Source: Chrysomallon squamiferum
Taxonomy: Eukaryota; Animalia; Mollusca
Length of the DNA: 64,000 bases
Direction: 5' to 3'
NCBI GenBank assembly: GCA_012295275.1
Contig: CM022665.1
Span: forward strand, 43,648,001-43,712,000
The notes beneath the pieces are model-generated. The model was not told where the DNA came from and made no database searches. It saw nothing but the letters and a program-made list of their open reading frames with translations. The position numbers and the translations under genes were made by a program. Shown here one piece after another: positions 60,082 through 64,000 of this stretch (position 1 is its first letter; each line of letters opens with the position of its first letter).

Positions 60082-60786
60082 ATTGTGTAATTCAATGGCT
60101 ACCTGCATTTGTTTTTATTAGATCAGTATTGTTCGATGAACAGTTGTATACATTCATTATACGTATCCCAACTATCAGTATAAATATGTACTCATCTATG
60201 AATACAGTATTTAACACAGATCAGTGTAAATAGTTAAAAAATAATGTGCAGGTATATTTAGCAATGACTAATTTCAATGCATTGTAAACTGTTAACTACC
60301 CATACAGTATATTATTTTTCAACGCAAGTAACCTGCCTCGATTTCCGTCATAAATAAAAAAAACCTCCATTAAGTTCAAAATTCCTATTTCAGTATAAAA
60401 TTTAATGTATACTTCAATTTGTTTATACGAGAAAAAAAAAAAAAAAAAAAAGCCCATCGATTATACGAAGTATTCCTGTGTTATTTACATAACTATTATA
60501 TCGCTTAAACGTTCGAAAATTACGAAATCAGTTTGAATAAATAAATAAATAAATACATACGTCTAGTAAAAATTTAAACACCTAAGATTATTTAAATGCT
60601 ATCATTTTTTTTTTTTTTTATTTCGTTAAACCCAAGTTAAAAAAAAAAAAAAAAACACGCCGGTAAAGTTTCCTAAAAGTTCAGTGTACGACATTCAGCT
60701 TAAAGGGCGACACAGATTGTCAAAGTCTGGCCACACTCTGCTCACGTGACCGTATTGCCGTAAACCATTTAAAAGCACGTTCACGT

Positions 60787-61393
60787 TTTATTATATATTA
60801 TAAATTCTAAAATATAAAATTGGACACAATTTTGTTCTCCAGAGACTGCATGCATGACCAACGTGCATTTTTTAAGAAGTCACGTGAACAAAACATGATA
60901 AATCCTTTACAAATCTATTTGATTGCAAATAGTTTTACGTCATACTCTAAGTGGGAGAAAACAAACTAGACTTGCTTCGTGTCAGTTTTAATTATTAAAA
61001 CCCCAGAGATATATATATATACATTTTGACTATTTCAGTCTAATAAATAATCTTCTACCCGAAAAGTATGGAATATTCATATACGTTTCTATAACTCTTA
61101 ATACAATTCTAAATAAACAATAAAATACATGAATCAATTTTCAACATTTTTAATATTCGCAATAAGCGGTTTTGAAAAGTTTCATTTTGAATTAAATGAA
61201 GTAATTTTGTATTAAATACAAATGATTTTAATTACACAAATGAAGAAAAAAAAAAATGTTAAGTTAAAAAAAACAAATACACAATAATAATTAAAAAAAA
61301 GAACAACATGATGATTATTAAATGAAATGACCTCTTTGGTGACATAATTTAAACATATATAAACATTTATATAAATCTAGGACAAAATTGTAC

Positions 61394-61424
<31 letters not shown>

Positions 61425-62187
61425 TACAAAGAGCATTAAATTATTTGTGAAATGCATAGATTCAATAAATAAATTGCATAAGTTAAGTTGGTCCATCTTG
61501 TTAGAAAAACAAATGTCGAGACGGTCCCTGCCATTTTGTGTTTTTATGTTTTCCAAGTCACGTGACTTGTACGGAAGGCACTTTTGTCATCAACACAAAA
61601 ATAAAACTTAAAAAAAAAAAAAAAAAAAAACATGAAATAATATTGGAATTATGGTCCTCATTAATTCAATGGGTGTCACCCCAACACAATTATGAACATA
61701 AAAAAAAAAAAAAAAAAAAATATTACTTCACCAGTCTCGCTTTATTTCTTCTTCTCTCCATCTTCCTTATTAGTGTCCTTACGTCGGTAACGTTGGGGTT
61801 TACACTCCATCAAAAAATATACCACACACAAAAAAAAAAAAAACACGGTGGTATTGAAAGCGACAAGGGTGTCCAAATAAATACATGAATAAGAATAATT
61901 ATCGTTTTATACAGTTTACATAAATAATTTTTTTTTTTTTTTTTTTTTTTTCATTATTAAAGTTAAGAATATTACACATATAAAAAAAAAAGACAGGATT
62001 ACAAGTTTCAGAAGATCTTGTTTTCGTCTTCTCTTCACAAAAAAATTAAAAAAAATTTAAATGTTTTCTTGATCGTTAATATATAATATAATATTTTTTT
62101 TTTTGTTAAGGTGTGACCCTTAAGGCAGTAAAATTGACACACAAAACGCCCCACCCCCTTCACAAAGAAAACCAAAATAACGAAGGC
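60787..62187 (-). other. Putative AU-rich 3' UTR of TIS11 (end uncertain)
   Basis: U-rich on the minus strand and free of the long dinucleotide microsatellites seen elsewhere. Candidate AATAAA signals (plus-strand tttatt) lie at 61741-61746, 60787-60792, 60114-60119 and 59714-59719. Confidence 0.55.
61464..61927 (-). promoter_or_regulatory. AU-rich elements in the TIS11 3' UTR
   Basis: Minus-strand UUAUUUAUU nonamer at 61464-61472, UAUUUAUUU at 61875-61883 and UUAUUUAU at 61920-61927. Confidence 0.55.
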
Positions 62188-63429
62188 TCAGTTGTCTTCT
62201 GACAACCTATTGAAAATTGGCAATCGCAAGTTCTTGCTCAACTCCAGAGGTGAACCGCACGTGCTGTAGGCACTACCGGACCCCGTACTTCCAACCGAAT
62301 CACCCGAGATGGACTCGGGGGACGACGGAGGCGCGCAAAAAACGTCACTACTACTCGAACACTGCGTAATAACGTCTCTGAAGATGAAATTGTCATCGAA
62401 CACAGTTGGGTGGTGGTGTTGGTGGTTGACGACGACGTCGTTGTTGAAATTGAGGACGTGCGAAAACTGCTGCTGTAGTCGGACCATGTCGAAGGCGTTC
62501 GCGTTGTTCAGCTGCGTCTGCACGTTCAGGGGTGCGGTCATCGAGTTTTGGGCGTGGCTGCCTCCTCCTCCTCCTACGAGACCCGTGACCGGGGGAGAGT
62601 AGCTGCTGAACACGGGACTCGATCTGGAGCTGCCGCTTCCCGAAGACGAGGAGAATTGTAAACCGTTGTAAATATCCTCCGTGAAAAAAGTCGGAGATGC
62701 GCTGCCGGAATCGCTCGAAGGTGGCGAGTCCAGGGACGAACCGAGACTGGACAGACTGTTGAATTTGATGGAGTTGGGTCGTTCGATGGGTGGGAGTGGA
62801 GGCTGCTGCTGCTGCTGTTGCATGCAGTTCACCTGCTGCTGGTTTTTCACGACGATGTGCGTGAGGACGCGCTCGTCTTCGTTGTGAATGAAGTGACACC
62901 GGGGACCGTACGGGCAAAATCCGATGGTGTGGAATGTACGACAAAGATCGGTTTTGTACTTGGGGTGGCGAGCGAGGTTTCTCAGTTCGTGTCCGCCGTG
63001 CGCGAACTGGCACTTGTCTCCGTACTTGCAGTGTCCGCTCTCCTCGAACGGTCTGCACAGCTCCGTTTTGTACCGGCTCGAATTTATATTCGTTCCGTTT
63101 TTACGGTCACCAATAGGTTCGCTAACACTGCGATCGAGTTTTTTGTGTTCTTTCACGTTGTTGTTGTTGTTGTTATTTCTCGTCGATGTTTGCTGTTGTT
63201 GTTGTTGTTGGTCTTTTTTGTTGTTAGAGGAAGAAGATCCCCCTCCTGTGGAATTTGGTCCCGGAACGTAATTTGTCGTGGTACATCCTCGCCCGGACAC
63301 CGGTACGAACGCACTGTTTGAATCGGTGGAAATGTTTCTGTTTCTCGCGGGGCTGGTGGTTTTCATGCCACTGCCCATGATTTTTCTGTCAGAACATCCC
63401 TGTGTTTTCATTTCGTTATTTCGGCGATT
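62188..63429 (-). CDS. Tis11: Terminal coding exon of a TIS11/ZFP36-family (tristetraprolin/ZFP36L1-like) tandem CCCH zinc-finger mRNA-decay protein; 5'-partial, first exon outside the window
   Basis: The 407-aa ORF (63411-62188) contains [26 protein letters not shown] and [26 protein letters not shown]: two C-x8-C-x5-C-x3-H fingers with an 18-aa linker and family lead-ins. It also has KLDRSVSEP and the C-terminal RLPIFNRLS motif. The frame stays open 6 codons upstream of the ATG (NRRNNE) up to a polypyrimidine tract plus TAG acceptor, so M63411 is probably internal. Confidence 0.96.
   Translation of the reverse strand, partial: NRRNNEMKTQGCSDRKIMGSGMKTTSPARNRNISTDSNSAFVPVSGRGCTTTNYVPGPNSTGGGSSSSNNKKDQQQQQQQTSTRNNNNNNNVKEHKKLDRSVSEPIGDRKNGTNINSSRYKTELCRPFEESGHCKYGDKCQFAHGGHELRNLARHPKYKTDLCRTFHTIGFCPYGPRCHFIHNEDERVLTHIVVKNQQQVNCMQQQQQQPPLPPIERPNSIKFNSLSSLGSSLDSPPSSDSGSASPTFFTEDIYNGLQFSSSSGSGSSRSSPVFSSYSPPVTGLVGGGGGSHAQNSMTAPLNVQTQLNNANAFDMVRLQQQFSHVLNFNNDVVVNHQHHHPTVFDDNFIFRDVITQCSSSSDVFCAPPSSPESISGDSVGSTGSGSAYSTCGSPLELSKNLRLPIFNRLSEDN
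62200..62226 (-). other. C-terminal CNOT1-binding motif coding segment (RLPIFNRLS)
   Basis: Matches the RLPIFxRxS CCR4-NOT-recruiting motif at the C-terminus of TTP-family proteins. Confidence 0.88.
62884..63075 (-). other. Tandem zinc finger (TZF) ARE-binding domain coding segment
   Basis: ORF residues R113-H176: C119/C128/C134/H138 and C157/C166/C172/H176, matching TTP-family spacing exactly. Confidence 0.95.
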
Positions 63430-64000
63430 CTAGAAAATGAAGAAAAAAGAAAATAAGTAACAGTCGAACAACAATAATAATAAAAAAAAACCATCTAATA
63501 CCAAACAATAATAATAGTAATAATTATTATTATAGTAAATAATAAAATAAATATAACTACTATTAACTGAAATGATAAAAAAAATAAAATAAAAAATATG
63601 TTCAAATCGGTACGGTAGTGTTAGCCTAGTTAAAAAAGAAAAAAAAAGTACGGTACTATTTGTATACAAATATTGTAGATTACGTCGTTGCATTAAGCAC
63701 ATTTCCAAAACGAGATTAAAACAGAAAAACATCTTTAAATCTGAAAGGTACTGGTATAGTATTGTTTACAAAGAAAGAAAAAAAAAAAAAAAAATACATT
63801 TTTTTAAACTACCGATAGTATTCAAATTATATACAATACAAACTGAACCGTATGTAAAAAGTACATTTCCAAAACAAGACTACAATAGTACCAACTTCGG
63901 TGTTTGTAACTTCTAACGAAATGTACAACTATTGTCAAAGTATAGAAATTTACACCTGATATTTACAAACCATTCCAGGCTGTACGAAGACAAGTATAAA
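63430..64000 (-). other. 3' part of the intron upstream of the TIS11 terminal exon, with splice acceptor
   Basis: The minus strand reads ttacttattttcttttttcttcattttctAG|AATCGCCGA: a polypyrimidine tract, AG at 63431-63430, phase 0, with the TAG in frame closing the ORF upstream. Vertebrate ZFP36-family genes have a short first coding exon and one large second exon. Confidence 0.85.

Noticed and set aside
62309-63321. Antisense and alternative-frame ORFs over TIS11, including the 221-aa minus-strand ORF 62393-63058
   Set aside because: Shadow ORFs of a GC-richer coding exon with no independent protein features.

Overview
This is AT-rich, microsatellite-dense animal genomic DNA. It is probably from a mollusc, an inference from recalled resemblance of its SINE/MITE fragments to molluscan repeats that I could not verify. 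Only one protein-coding gene is supportable: the terminal coding exon of a TIS11/ZFP36 (tristetraprolin-family) tandem CCCH zinc-finger gene on the minus strand (63429-62188). It has a phase-0 splice acceptor at 63430-63431, a C-terminal CNOT1-binding motif and an AU-rich 3' UTR; its first exon lies beyond the right edge. The remaining ~60 kb downstream has no credible coding sequence; most listed ORFs are microsatellite translations. It alternates simple repeats and minisatellites (25, 28, 35, 42, 43 and ~105 bp units) with degraded SINE/MITE pieces and short CpG-retaining unique islands rich in bZIP, E-box, C/EBP and kappaB-type motifs. The best leads are (i) a candidate distal enhancer landscape for this gene, (ii) a 28-bp-stem hairpin at 13508-13570 whose arm recurs at 18938, (iii) a 42-bp minisatellite with 5-unit higher-order structure and TACTAAC at each unit junction, and (iv) AREs in the gene's own 3' UTR. 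I found no prokaryotic, CRISPR or rRNA features and cannot claim a confirmed novel system.
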